From Penicillus capitatus (Eukaryota; Plantae; Chlorophyta): 64,000 bases of DNA. The translations under genes and the position numbers were made by a program. The stretch is taken from the NCBI GenBank assembly GCA_965649825.1, contig OZ287709.1, positions 372,001 through 436,000 of the forward strand, written 5' to 3'. Of this stretch, positions 24,136 through 37,968 are shown piece after piece (within the stretch, counting starts at the first letter, position 1; every line of letters begins with the position of its first letter). The notes under the pieces were generated by a model that saw nothing but the letters and a program-made list of their open reading frames with translations, did no database searches and was not told where the DNA came from.

Positions 24136-26616
24136 TTAAGCGGTGTCCAGAGACTGATGCTGCTGGCAGAGCAGCGCATTCATTGCGTGCAGTTCAGCTG
24201 TTTTCTCAGACAGTTTCTGTTGTAAGCCCTCTAGAAACGCATCCTTCACTTGCAAAGCTTCTTTGACCTGTTCTTCCAAACAAGTGAGCTCTTCTTGATG
24301 CTTTGTCCTCATGTCGTGCATCTCCTGAAGATCGCACTCCGGGTGATACCGTCATCCACTGCGCTGCGGATGGATGCGATCACCTTTTGCCGTAGCTCGA
24401 GGCTCTGCGCCAGAACCCTTTTCTCCTCCTCTATCGATCGAATCTTCTCTCGATGTGTCGCTTCGCACGAATCGAGATCTGCTTTTCTCTCCTCTTCTTC
24501 ATTCCGGAGTCTGATTTTGCACTCTTCAATCTGATGAGAGCGACCGAAACGTGACAGGTCCACTTCGAGGGCGACTGTACCTGTCGTTGCAAAGACGCGT
24601 GTAATTTCTGATGCTCTTGAATGGCGGCGTCCTTCTTGGAAAGCGCATCTTCCATCCTGCAGGCGCACTCTTTAGTGCAGAAAGCTAGCTGAGGTCGCAT
24701 GCATTGAAGCCTGTTCTTCGATCTGTTCGTGAAGCAGCGAGATCTCTGCCGCCTGTTCGTAAAGCATCGCGTCTTTCTGTTGAACCTGTTCCATCAGCTT
24801 TTCCTTGTCGTGCTGTAACTGAACGATTCTCCTTCGCAGATTGGATTCGAGTTCGTCCTTCTCCTCCTCGAAACGTTGCACGACGACGCGAATCTCTTCA
24901 TCTCTCTCACTCTCCAACTGATTTTGGACTTTCGCCATCTCGTGCGTCATCTCTTGCCGAAGCTCTTGACGGACAGATTCCTTCCATTCCGTGCGTTCAA
25001 CGCCACACTGCTGACGCATCTCTTCGAGCGCGCGTTGCTGCGATAACTGCAGCTCTTCTTTCTCTCTAGTAAGGTTCGTCGAAGGAAGAGACAAAGAAAA
25101 CAACCCGACGTACTGCGTGTGTTCTTGTCTGAGTTTCTGCTGGGTGCGTTCGTGAGACGCCTGTTCGCTGAGATAGGAATTCTCCCAATGGATCCTTGCC
25201 TCTTCCAGCTCCCTTGCTAGACGATTTTTGTCTTCCATCCACTGATTCCGCAGACTGTCCTTTTCTGCTTCCATCTGAATCGTCCATTTCTCCTTGGCGC
25301 TCGCAAGCTGCGCATGACTTCGCAGTCGTTCCTTTTCCAAACAGTCCTCGCGTTCCTATCCTCTTTATCAAGGCAATCGTCCAGAGGGCAACGCAGACGA
25401 ACTTGGACGAGGCGTTGGCGTTGATGCATGGTATGGTGTTCGTTCTCGGCCAAGAGCTTCTCCTGAGCGGCGATCTTGTCACGCAGCCGTCGGACTTCGC
25501 TCTTATGGTTCTCCGACATCTCAACGAACTTCGGCTCGAGTGCCTGAAAACGCAGACGTTCTCTGCTGAAAAGCATCGTCCCTCGACTTTCGCAGTGGTC
25601 TGGAGTATCTCTTCGCGCTGTTCCTGCATCCACTTCTCTCTCTTGGCGTTCTCTTGCTGTGTCCATTCGCTCTTCTGTTTGCGGATCTCTTTGGCCAGGC
25701 GTTCCTTAAGAGCATCGAGCTGTGCCGTGTGTGCACTCTGCGCATCCTACTCACTCGACCTCGGATCGATCAATGTCGCTGTCGGGGCCTTACTTTGAGA
25801 TCCAGAGTCAATTGCTCGCACTGCTTCACCCATTTATCCTTGTCTTGCAGAAGAGAATCGATGAACTTCAGTCTCTTCTCGAGATCGAGATCGTGAGTGC
25901 GTTGCTGCTGTTCCCCTCGAACCCGCTCCTGCTGCGCGGCATTTTGCATCTCCATCTGATGGAGGCAACGTTGATGCTCCATCTCCTGAGAGACACCGTG
26001 ATCGTTCCTCATCGAAGAAAAGAGGGCGACCTGCTGAAGTCGCTCGAGCTCAGCGTCTCTCTCGCGAACTTTTGTGCGCAGCTCCTCAATTCTCTGTCGA
26101 AACTTCTCCACAACGCATTCTGCTTGTTTTGTTGTTGGTCCTGCGAGGAAGAGCAACGCTCGTGTCGATTGATCGCCTGACAGGCACGACCGGCAAGAAT
26201 CGATGGTCGTCGCGGAAAAACATCGCATGTCTGCGCGGCCGTCAACGTCTTGGCGTTCTTTAGAAGGCAACGAATCCCCAAACGTGTTAGCTGTCCGTGC
26301 CAACCTGTATCTCAGCGTTCTTCAGCATCTGTAGGATGCTCTTGACGGTCTGCTGTCGAGCAGACATCGCTTCTGCCGCCTTTTCATTTCTGGAAAGCGT
26401 GACGACGTCTTCTTTTCGTTTCCACGTCGCGACAACGACGTCCTCCGAGACCACGTCCCCGGACGCTTCAACTTCTGTCGTCGCATCCACGTCAATGGCA
26501 TCACCCGGACACGCGTTTATCCGTCCGGCAGCTCGTTTTTCTCGCCATCGACGGTAAGAGCGTTGAATACAGGTCGCCGCTATCGTCTTCCTTTCGCCGT
26601 TCTGCATCGCCGACAT
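24136..26616 (-). CDS. CEP131: CEP131/AZI1-like centriolar coiled-coil protein, spliced
   Basis: IQ motif AATCIQRSYRRW, KRLKFIDSLLQDK, AKREKWMQEQ..ALEPKF..HKSEVRRL and ERDEEIRVVVQRFEEE resemble CEP131 segments. Confidence 0.75.
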
Positions 26617-26739
26617 CTTCGTGACCACAGCAACACGTCAAACGTCGTCCACTCTCTTTTCTGTCACAGGATCGCTGTCTTCAGATTGACGCACGACATT
26701 GAACGCATCATCATCATTCGACGCATCTCCCACAACAAT

Positions 26740-27612
26740 ATGGATCGGTCAGGACTGCTCTCCGCTTGGTGGATGCCGAAGGAAGAGGAAGAGTCCTGGG
26801 AGGCAATGCGCGTCGCCGCGCCGCACAAAATTATGTTCCTGACAGGCGTCTTCGTCATTCTGAACTCTCTCGCCCATTCTCTCGTTCGTATTATCCTCAG
26901 ACGACGTCTCTTTGCGCCCACGGGTCAAGTCTGGCTATCACATCGACTTGTCGAGCTCTTCCATGCCGCTTTCAGTTTTGCTTACAGCTTCCGACTCTTC
27001 GCGAACTGGGCCGAAGGAAACAACACTTTCTTGCCAGACAGAGTCTTTGCCTCGAATCCGCATCAGGAGCTTCTGGGGAATGCACATTCTGCCTATGCAC
27101 TCTACAGCATTGGCAATTCCTTGTTCAATTTTAAAGGGTTCAAGAGAGAACGGGTGTGGTTGAATGTGGCGAGAGGCGGCATTACGCTCGGACTGAACTA
27201 TCTGAATCTCCTGTTTCCTTGCATCATGGGTGCCAGGCTCCGAGTCTACTTCGACATGCTGGAGATCGCCATCATCGTGGTTGTTGTGGCAGAACTGGCG
27301 CCATTCATTTACGCGTCCATCGTGACGCAGATGTTGCTATCCATGACGTCACTCATTCTATGTCTGCTGCGTTTCTGGATCACCATGTTTCTGCTTTTCT
27401 GGGCTTTTCAGTGGATATCGTCTGAAAACGTCTGGTACGGCGTTCCAAGCGACGTTCCAGTTTCGGGACTAGAGAATGCATACCTGACGGGAATGGGCAT
27501 CGGAACCATCGTGCTTTCCTACTTGACCTTTGTCGACTTCCGCCTAGTGACGCAGCACAACAAAGAGTGGACCGAAAGCATTCGTATGAGAATGAGAGAG
27601 GGAGGAGAATAG
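26740..27612 (+). CDS. Multi-pass membrane protein, degenerate TLC (TRAM/LAG1/CLN8)-like, intronless
   Basis: About 6 TM segments with spacing like TLC motifs (LFHAA, SAYALYS, LEIA, LLRFW); lacks the usual HH. Confidence 0.5.
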   Translation: MDRSGLLSAWWMPKEEEESWEAMRVAAPHKIMFLTGVFVILNSLAHSLVRIILRRRLFAPTGQVWLSHRLVELFHAAFSFAYSFRLFANWAEGNNTFLPDRVFASNPHQELLGNAHSAYALYSIGNSLFNFKGFKRERVWLNVARGGITLGLNYLNLLFPCIMGARLRVYFDMLEIAIIVVVVAELAPFIYASIVTQMLLSMTSLILCLLRFWITMFLLFWAFQWISSENVWYGVPSDVPVSGLENAYLTGMGIGTIVLSYLTFVDFRLVTQHNKEWTESIRMRMREGGE

Positions 27613-28045
27613 CCGATGACAACACACTAACCTGTCAGCCGAATTGGCGATGCGTATGTCAACAATCCAGAAGGATTCCAGGAATAGCAAAAAAGCATGG
27701 ACGCGGATTCGTAGATATGGGAATCGAATGAGAGGTTCCGCATGGAAGAGGGATGGACCAGATCTCGTGCTTTTGTTATCGATGGATGGCGGAGAAACGC
27801 TCTCACTTGCTACCTGCTGTTCTATAAAATTGCCTGCGTCATTAACATCCAGATCAACGTCTCTGAGTGGATCCAATCGCCACTGATTAGTCGACTCGTG
27901 CGAAAGCGTCATTTTCTTGATGAACACAGCCGCGAGAGTGTCGCAGCTTGGTTTCGCCAATAAAGCATGCTGGAAGAATCGGCTGATCTCCTGCGCGACT
28001 CCGAATGCCTTGAGGGGCAGAAACAGAAGCGGCGGATGTCTGGCG

Positions 28046-30156
28046 ATGGCAACTGCGGCGTATGTTTTCAAGCATACGGTTTTGATGGACTGAGTCTTGG
28101 CTTCTAGTCCGACGATTCCGTATGGAACACCAGACATCCCTCACATACTGCGGAATGTCAAACCGAAGGTGCACGTTCAAAAGATCTTCCTATGCTCATG
28201 GGATCTTGGACGGCAGCTGGTGATTGACGGCCAATTGGAGGACGCTGCCACCGGGAAGACGTTTACCGTCGTCGATCCTCGAACGGAACAGTCCTTCACC
28301 GAAGTCGCCGAGGGAGACGCCGAAGATATCGACCGTGCAGTAAAGGCCGCACGCAGAGCCTTCGATGAAGGACCATGGCCTCGACTCTCTGGACGGGTAA
28401 AGCGCCGGACGCGTCTTTTCAGCTGGTGTTCACTGATGCATCCCACCCACTCTTTAGGAGAGAGGCCGCATGCTACGGAAATTTGCAGACGTTCTCGACC
28501 AACATGTTGATGAACTCGCATTCTTAGCGACACTGGTAAGGTGCCTCATCCTGTCCTGTGCCTTTTTGCTCTTCTCTGCCCCGAACAGGAAACCGGCAAG
28601 ACTCTAAGATCGACGTATGTAAGCGAAATTCCGTCCGGCATCGAATACATTCGCTACTGTGCAAAGTACACCAATCACTCCAGTCCACGTGCTTCGATAT
28701 TTAACACAGAGACATGTGTGTAGTTGGGCAGACAAGGTCCACGGTGAAACCATTCCAGTAGATGGCAGTTTCTTCGCCTATACGTTACACGAGCCCATCG
28801 GAGTCGTTGGCCACGTTTGAACCCATCCATGTCATGTTCCTAACGATGGGGCTTCGTTTGTTTCAGATTAGTCCCTGGAATTCGCCATTTCTTTTTCCAT
28901 GCCGTTCTCTCATGGCAATGGCCGCCGGCAACACACTCGTGCTCAAGCCTGCCGAGCAGACGCCGTTGGTCGCGATCCGACTGGCAGAGTTCGCACTGGA
29001 GGCCGGTATTCCGGATGGCGTCTTTAACGTCGTAACTGGAGATGGCGTCGCTGGAGCGGCACTCGTGTCACACATGGATGTTGATAAGATACACTTCACT
29101 GGGAGCACCGAAGTCGGACAAGAGATCCTCCGCAATGCGAGTGGCAATCTGAAGCGCGTCTCCCTGGAACTCGGAGGAAAATCGCCTCTTATCGTTTTCC
29201 CAGACACAGACTTGGAAGCGGTCTCTCCTCTCACCCCTTTTTATGTCCGTCAGCGTCTTCATAGGCAGTAAACTTGGCACACAGAGCGGCATTTGCGAAC
29301 CATGGTCAGGTATGTGTTGCTGGCAGTCGATTGTTTGTTCATGCCGAGATCTATGATGCGTTTGTGGAACGAGCCCACGATCTGGTGCAAACCAAGTACA
29401 GAATGCCCTTTCTCCGATCCATCTCACAGGAATGACGACAGAGTGGTGGGAGATCCCTTTACCCCTGTCGATCAAGGGCCGCAAATCGACGATCGACAGT
29501 TTGCCAAGATCCTTGACTGCATCGACAGCGGAATAAACCAAGGTAGTAGTACACCTGCTGATCGTTTCCCGTACGAATGCCGTTGTCTCCAGGGGCAGAA
29601 CTGATTTGTGGAGGAAAACGTGTTGGATCAGAAGGTTACTACATCGAGCAGACGATCTTCGCCAATGTCAAAGATGAGATGAGAATCGCCCGCGAAGAAA
29701 TCTTCGGCCCTGTTCAATCCATCTTCAGATTCGAAGATGAGGATGAGGTATGCGAAGGAGCCCTCACTGGAGATGCGTGCGTAACATCCGCGTTTCAGGT
29801 CATCCGTAGAGCCAACGATACGACATATGGATTGGCAGCCAGCGTTCTGTCCAACAATGTCGATACCATCAACAAGTTCTCTCGTTCGATCCGAGCAGGT
29901 GCGCGAACGGTATCGTGGCACAGATGATGTCGAGGTGCTGTAGGTATGTTCTGGGCGAATTGCTATTTTGGCTTTGACAACGCGACACCGCTTGGCGGTT
30001 ACAAAATGAGTGGAATAGGACGCGAGAACGCGGAGCATGGTCTTCGAGAGCTCACAGAGGTCATAAGCTATGGTTTGTCATCTCCCGCCGAATCTTTGTC
30101 GAAAACTGTAGGTCAAAACCGTCATGATGCCGCTGGAGAATTCCCCGTGGCTATAG
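28046..30156 (+). CDS. ALDH2: Aldehyde dehydrogenase family 2, probably cytosolic, spliced
   Basis: [31 protein letters not shown], catalytic [40 protein letters not shown]; no transit peptide evident. Confidence 0.95.
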
Positions 30157-30477
30157 AGCATCGATCCTTACACTTTATGCCACTCAATGACACTATCCGT
30201 TATTCGCATTCTCTATGCATCTTCTTGACCTGCTTTGTTTGTTTTTTTTTTTCAACTCTGAATTCCCGCTGCTATTGGACGACGACAGACATTCAGCGTT
30301 TCGAGGTGTGCTTGGTGTTTTGAGTATCTTCCTTCCTCGACAGCGCAATTTTTGAATGGCAAAAGCGATGCCGGATGTCATGTAGGGACGGAGAAGATCT
30401 TTGGACCAACGCTTGAATTCTTCATGATTGCATCGAGCGGCAGAACGTCATTTGTCGTTTTCTGTTGTGTCGATAAC

Positions 30478-32824
30478 ATGGACCCAAAGCGTTTTGTTGT
30501 CTCTCTATTCTTCTTACTCTTGTCTGTCATGCCGACAACAGCGCTCAACAAGTTATTGGTAAAGGAAGGGACATTCGCACCACACAGCGAAGAAACGGAC
30601 GCGATCCTCGCGAAGGACAACGCGCATGTTTCTTCGCCTCAGACGGTGAGAGGAATTGTTTGGGCGTCTATGCGTACGCACGTCTTCGTCGACATTTGAC
30701 TGGATACGTGACCAGCGACCGATGGACTCTTCAAATCTCGAACCCCGTTCTGCTCCGTTTGCATTCTCCTGTTTTCGACACCAAACTGGCGGCTAGACAA
30801 AACAGACTTGAGAATACGGTGTTTATGCAGTGGTTCCGACATCTTGGCATCTCGCAGCGTTTGCTGAGAGCAACTTCGTTCTGCCAATGGAGCAGTGCCG
30901 ACGCAATCTGTGTGGTATCCAATGCGGCGAAGCTAGAGGTATTGGCTGAAGTCGACGATGATCCTCTCGCTCACCATCTCTATCGTCGTCTGGTGCGTGA
31001 TCGATTCCCTGACGACATCGATCAGAACTGTCCGACAGTTTTGCGCCAGTTTGGGTCCCTCTCGAGCAACGTGCGAAGCGAAATCATGCCACTGGTGCAC
31101 CATTAAAGCATACCATTGAACGCCTGAGTCATGCTTCCCGCGTGCATAGGTCGGGATTCGCATGCACGTTTGCTGTAGAGGATACCCAACTCCTCTTCAG
31201 TGACCCTTGTGTCAAGCCAGCCCTGCCCTTCATCCAACCTGAAGTCCTCCGCTCGAAATGCGCCAACATCGACAGCGTTGTGGACTGCGATGACGACCAA
31301 GACTGCTATTGGTTAGTCGGCTGTCCAGAGCATCGTTGGTTGCTGAAATTGCCACAGGGGTGGAGAAGTGGAAGGCTGTCTATACGATCAATGGATGTAT
31401 CACTTCGGCATCGAAACGGAGGACGGATATCCGGTTGGCTATAAAGAGGTTGGTGCCGTTTCTGGTCACTTCCTTTCCATGACGGTCTGCCCTGAAGCTG
31501 TCTGCGATGCGAGAGGATCAGGTGATCGACTTCTTGCGCGAAACCAACGCAAAGGACAATGCAAGAGAAACACAAAACGGCATTCTGAAGACCAAGTTGC
31601 CCAAATTCGATTGTCCAGACGGCTATGAAGCACTCGTGAGATCTCACAAAACGTATCGACGGCTTTGATGGAGCAATAGGTCTGTGCCTACGTCGAAGCA
31701 ATGTCAGAAAGATTGCGCTTTTGGTATTACTGCAGCACGACGTATGGAGGAAGCAGTGCCTGTATGAATGATTTCTACTGCACCGTCGAAACGGTATCCC
31801 GAGATTCGCAGTACTGTGTCGATTCCAGGGAACAACACCGTCAGGCAGCACACAAGGCAGAAGAGGCATGACATTTACCGTACTTGTTTTATGTCTACTG
31901 CCAAAGAGACCTTCTATTAGGTTTTCACAAAGGCCATACCTGACCGCGATGCACAACGGCTGGCAGTGGAGACATCGACGTGTCAGGCTGCGGCGGATCC
32001 TTACGAATGCACAGGTGCCCAATCACACATACTTGGCCTTAGACATCTGTTTGGATCATACACAGAGCATAAACATTGCCGCTGGTCGTCAGAATTGGAC
32101 AGGTGTCTGTTGAGTGAAGCGTGGAAACGCGACAACATCAATCTCCTCATTGGATCGTCGAGGGAACGCGTTTGCCGCTTTATCGTACTGGATACGAAAT
32201 CTGGATGCGCTGGACATCGTGAAGAGGGGGACTGCTTTCGCGACAAGGAGTGTTCGTGGTCAGAAGACGATCGTACGTCGTCGCTCTGGATCCCTTCGCT
32301 CAGTAAGGCTGGATTGGTGTCCTGTAGACTATTGCTATGTCGGATCAAATGTCGAAGTCGAATTCGTCTTAACAAATTCCGAAGCCGAAACAAGATACAA
32401 AAATCTCGAACGCAGCTGCCGGGCGAGGGAGACACCACCTGAATGCGATTCTGCATATAACGAGACGATGTATCTGGAAGGTAATAAATCTCAGAAGTGC
32501 ACGATGGCTGATCGAATGCTTCTTTGTGTAGCGGCAGGGGAGACCACGCATCCTGTACATTATACCGAACGCGAATCGCCGCCGGTTAAAATCGAGTCGC
32601 CAAAGAAAGCGCAGAAGGAGGAAGGCACAGAGCAGAGAGGCAGCGACTCCGGGGATGATACAGAACAGACGACAGTGATCTCCTTCACCGTAGCTGGCGT
32701 CACTTTTCTGATCATTGTCGCCTGCGTCGGTTACGCTCTCGAACGCGACTCGGAAAAGAAAGCCGGCATGAAAGAGAAGATTCGAAAAAGACTGGCTCGA
32801 TCTTCAAGAGCCTTCTCCTTTTAA
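30478..32824 (+). CDS. Predicted type I membrane protein with Cys-rich extracellular repeats, spliced; exon structure approximate
   Basis: Signal peptide MDPKRFVVSLFFLLLSVMPTTA, Cys/Trp modules (CANIDSVVDCDDDQDCYW; CAGHREEGDCFRDKECSW), TM segment VISFTVAGVTFLIIVACVGYAL and a short basic tail. Confidence 0.65.
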
Positions 32825-33269
32825 CCTGCCTGAATCTGTGCAGAGCGTATGGACAGATGGTTATGCGCCTTTGGAAAGGCGAAGCTGCAAAAGGCATCGC
32901 GTTTTGATCGGTCTCTGAATGCGGACGCCAAAGAGCAATGTCCAAAATCTGTGATGCTCTTTTCTTGGCGACATCCGACGCATGGTCTGCCCGCCTGTCG
33001 ACTTTCCCCTGGTGGTGGCGCTCCATCTGCCATAACCTGTCTCTGATGTGACACAAATGATCTTTGAGCTTCCGCTCTTACGTACTGTCGTCGCTTTCTT
33101 CACATCCCGTCCCCTTTTCTATTCGCTTAGCACAGTTCACATCAGGTTGCTTTTAGCCGAAGAATTTGTAAACAACAGCACCTATGTCTTTCCATCCAGC
33201 ATTCTCCCCGGTCCACCTCCTTCTTTATCGAAACGCATTTTCTCATACGACGTTACGTCGCAGTCGAGC

Positions 33270-34057
33270 ATGAGGTTGCTTATGATGCCGATGAATTCAC
33301 CATGTGTCGGAAGCACACTCTGGTACGCGAAACGTCTCGAGCGTAACGACGCCCGTCGGCCTGTTCTGTGTAGTAATCTGACGGGAACGATGTATCCCAT
33401 GTACTCCACCTTCAAAGCGCTGGAAGCGAGAACGGAAGCAGATAACAAAACCGATAAGAAGAAGAACACTCCTAACAAAAAACCAAAGGATGATGATCTG
33501 AACAAATGGGCATGCTATTGGGCAGTCTTCAGCTGTTTTCGGTGTATTGAGAATTTTTCAGATCCTCTGCTCTTTTGGTAAGCATCCCGTTGTGATGTGA
33601 CAGATGCGTCGATGAGATAGATCTGTTTGATCATGAAGGTTGCCTTACTACTATCCAGCCAAGTTCTGTGTATTGCTGTGGCTATGGCTACCCCAATTCA
33701 ATGTCTGTGCATCTCAGCAGAAGCATCTCGTGAGTGATGGTGTTGTGCATTAGGGAGCCAGTCATGTCTACCAGCAATACCTGAAGCCTCTGTTGCTAAA
33801 ATACCAGCCAAAGATCGAAACAGTCCTGGCACAGCTGAAAAAACATGTGCGTCCTCTTACGCATCACACACTGTGAAATGACGTGGACTGTGAAGGAATG
33901 GATTGTGGAAGCACAGATGCCGTATCTCAAGATGCTCTTCACATCCTTGCAGCTGGCCCAACATAATGCGATCGAGTGGTTGAGATGGTTCTTCAGCGAA
34001 AAAGACGAGACGATTGGAGATGACAGTGACCCAGCCACGCGGTTATCCCATCCATAA
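33270..34057 (+). CDS. HVA22/TB2-DP1 (REEP) family protein, spliced; start uncertain
   Basis: GTMYPMYSTFKALE, KWACYWAVFS, LPYYYPAKFCVLLWLWLPQFNGASHVYQQYLKP. Confidence 0.9.
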
Positions 34058-34280
34058 GGAATGGAACTGTCGAGTATCTGTCGAGAGATGAAATCTTTAT
34101 CAAGTGTGACCAGACATGAAGGAACTGCGTCGAAAAGCATGAATCGAATCTCTTCTAATTTGGCTGTTTATTTTACAGACGCATCCATGTGCGCGCACTC
34201 TTTATGTTACTGAATGTCCCCTCATTCGTTAACAGCGTCATCGACAGACAGGAATCCATCGTAGGTTATGGGTTATGGTA

Positions 34281-36601
34281 CTAAGGATGGCGGTTGTTCA
34301 CTATCAGGATGTCTCCATGAGGCGCACTTTGCTCCAATTCGAGCAGATGATGTGACTTCAGCAGCAACAGATCATAGAACCATCGACTGGCATCCAATCG
34401 ACTCTTGCCCTTCATCACACCGAACATCGATGCGCTTTGTGGTGACTCTGTGGATGACAGTCTTCTTCGCTTTGGCGATGGATAACCTGCAAAAGCGTTG
34501 CTCACATCGTTCATGAGATGACGGAGAAGGTGGAGACGGACATTCGAGGATATCGTCCATCGGACTGACGGCATCGGATTGCTGAGTAAATCTCCTTTTT
34601 AGCTGGGTCAAGAGCTGTCGACTGGATGGTCTCATATCTTCATGGACAGAATCGCGCGATCGATGTGCGTCTTTGGTCACAGGGGGCCATTCATGTAGCG
34701 CTTCTCCAGCCGGAACACCATCCTGCAGTGCCTCAAAGGAGACGGAATCGATCAAAGATCTCTCGTTGACAGAAAGCGATGCATGTTTCGCAGCCGCCTG
34801 GTCGATACTCTCATCCACAGTATCTAAGTGACAGGCACGGGCTCTTCATCCCTTCACAGAAGGACGGGTCTCGTGACCTTGTAATGGAAGGATCGTTAAT
34901 GGGAATGGATCGTCGTTGTGCGGATCTATCTCTTCATGCGCTCTCTCCACTTCCAGGTGGATATCGAGCTTCTCTGGCAACGTTGCGCAGGGTTGGTGTA
35001 TGAGAGTTGTCCAGATGGCCTCCAGAGCAGGATTCTTGCGAATAGACACGATCGAACTCTTCTCCAGCCACTCGTCCTGTCTCTATACACAAGCACAGGA
35101 AAGGCAGCGCCCGTTCTCAAAGACTGAATCTGCGATGCTACTTGGAGAGAGGTCGTGTAATCGTTGCCTCTCTCTTTAAGCATCTCCTTCATTGTCTCCT
35201 GGTGCATCTTTCGATAAGCCGTGCCTACAGCTCAACGCAGGCTTTCATGTTTCTTTTCCCAAAAGAAGCAGTCAACCACTCATGACGGTCGTTTTCTTAT
35301 CCATCATCACTTTGCGCTTCTTCTGGACGTTCTTAACAGCAGGCAACACCGTTTGCAAGAATCCACTGGACATGTATGCATAAGAATGTGACATGTCCAT
35401 GCCAGAATTACTCTTGTTTGGATTCTGTATCTTCTGATCTTTGGATGTTCTCTTGAGGTGCTTCGAGATGCAACGGTATCTCTAAACATAAGCAAACGAT
35501 GGGACTTGATGGGAATCCGAATGCTGCTCGACTGACCCGTCTCCACGTCGGGCAGTGCTGGTAGATGTTGAGACGATTGTCTGGCTGGTGTCTTTGGATC
35601 AGTATCCGCAATCTCATCCATGACCTCCTCCAAAATCGCTCCAGAAAGTGAAGCTCTCGGCATCATTGCCTCATCATGCCCATCGCTCTTTCTCGGATCT
35701 GCCAAAACACCTCGAGAGAAAACCGAAAGACTCGATCGATCCTAGACCGCTGGAAGCATTCGGCAGAACCGTTTCAGCAATGGAACTCATTCTCGGTGGA
35801 CCCAGACTCGAATGCTCTCGCATGGGATCTATCTGCAGGACAAGATCCAGTTCGATACCACACAATTCCAATTCAGATGGACACAACCGTCATTTCTTCT
35901 TCGGGAATGATCTCGAGTAATGGCGGCAGTTCACGGCTTTCTGCATAAGATCTTGCCCTTCCAGTGATATCACCACCGTTCAACGAGAATGCATCCTCTT
36001 TTGACAGTTCCAATGGCAAAAAATCTTCACTCATAAGTTCATCGCCACTAATGCGTCACACTTGTGTGAGAACAGAGAACTTTTTGAATAAAGAACTTCT
36101 GCCGAGCGTCTTCTGCCAAGATCCCACAGAACACACCCATGTCCTCGGCAGTAAGGTTGAAAAAATTTCCAGGAAATGTCAGATTCGTCAGCGCAACGGC
36201 TTCGTCCATTTCTGGCAGTGTCGTGCGCACAAACACCTGGACATTCTCACACATTATGTCACTCATCGACGCAACGCCTCCGTCACATCATAGATCTTGC
36301 TCAGAGCGTCGTTGCAGTCTTGCAAGAGGTACGTCACTTGACGTCGATAGACGCGCACCAGTCCAAAGAGCAACTGACTGGACAGCCTCAATGCAAAAGG
36401 CGCTTCGGGATTCATGATCATATCTGACACCGCACAAACCAACGTGTCTGTTTCGCTCCCTTGCCGACATCGTTTACCAACGGACTCTCGAATATCTGTA
36501 TCCGAAATCTGTTGCCGTTTGAGTTTCTTGTCCAGATGCGCTGCGATCCATATCGTCCCCAAAGACCCTCTGCGAGAGAGAACCTGCTGCGTGTAGAACA
36601 T
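34281..36601 (-). CDS. RAD21: Cohesin kleisin RAD21/SCC1 (Rad21-Rec8 family), spliced
   Basis: N-terminal MFYTQQVLSRRGSLGTIWIAAH..ALRLSSQLLFGLVRVY; C-terminal winged helix GKSRLDASRWFYDLLLLKSHHLLELEQSAPHGDILI. Confidence 0.92.
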
Positions 36602-36676
36602 CGCGCCAGGCGAACGCCGAAAGGGGCGGGCGATCGTCCAGAATGACTTTCCGGTGCGCGTCCCGTCGTCATTCCC

Positions 36677-37934
36677 ATGCGCAAGCCATCACTTGTCAAC
36701 CGAACCATCGCCTTATGCATCGGCATTGCCACGGTCTCACTCTTCTCACTCGTTTGGCAATATATCGAAGAGCGGAACGCGTAATACCTCCCCTGTGATC
36801 GACATCAGTCTCGACAATTGTCATGAAGGCATGCAAGTGGCGGTGGTGGCCTCTGTCGTGTCGAGCCTCAATTCTACGTCCCGTCGGACTACGATGCTGC
36901 AGAAGTCCACGTGACTGTCCCTTGGCACGTGCAACGATTCGATGAGGACAAGGAGATTATGTTGCCCAAATATGCATCTTCAGATATCCTGCTGGTCTCT
37001 GTGTCTAGCAACAACACTTACCAGCGGCAGATCGCTCAGAATTTCACTTTTGGACGCATCTTCGATATCCATTTCGTGACGGATAGCGATTTTCCTCAAT
37101 GCGTTCTGTGCTGGGAGAAAGATCTGGATGAGCGATGTCATTGTCCTGTATTCCGCCCGCGGTGTCGACGGCATGTCTTCTACGAACGCCCTCTGGGATG
37201 GTGGTGTGCAACCCGCAAAGCATTGGTTGCCATTCAGGCATCTTATCTACTGTCCTGCATTTGATTGAGAAGTGTGAGACACAGGTCGCCCTCGATGCTT
37301 GGAAAGAAGAAAAGTGGCCCAAATGGCTTTTCTTGCTGGATGACAATACCTGGGTCAATCCCATTTCGCTTCCGCTCGCCGTCCAGCATCTCGACCCAGA
37401 TGAACCTTATTTCATCGGCAATGCGATTCTACTCTCCCTCTTGCAACGAGACATCGTGCTTTAGGTGTTGACTATGAGGGATTCCTGGCTGGAGGACCCG
37501 GTCAGTTGATGAGCCGTGGCGTCCTGCTGAGATTGCTGGGACCGCCAGTCACATCAAATGTCATCTACCGATGGAAGAACGGAACGCACAGCATGACACC
37601 TTCCTCTCAGTTGCACTCGTGCATTGCCAGAATGCAAGGCGGCGATTGGTGTTTCTACCATGGAGATTGGGCTTTAGCTGCCTGCCTCAGAGAACTCGGC
37701 ATTCTGCCCATCGATGCTGGGTCCAAAATGCAAAACGCCTTTTTCAGTCAATTCTCAGAGTGCTGTAGCAGAGAAGAGGGGACCTGGTTTGGTATCTCTC
37801 CCAAAATCGCATCCCATCTGCATCACACGCATTCCATTGGTCTGCACGTGGAGCCAGAGGAGATGTACGAGATCTTCTACCGTCACATCGTTCCTTTCTA
37901 TCGGAGACTCGTTTCGTCTCTGCGCCATCCGTGA
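36677..37934 (+). CDS. Type II membrane glycosyltransferase, GT31/Fringe-like, spliced
   Basis: N-terminal anchor RTIALCIGIATVSLFSLVW, then KWLFLLDDNTWVN..LDPDEPYFIG, LAGGPGQLMSRGVL and HGDWALAACL. Confidence 0.75.
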
Positions 37935-37968
37935 TGCGACAGCTGGTCTCCGTTTGACACTCGATCGA

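Noticed and set aside
29311-29320. CAG|GTATGT as a splice donor in ALDH2
   Set aside because: It encodes the catalytic GQVCVAGSR motif and must be exonic.
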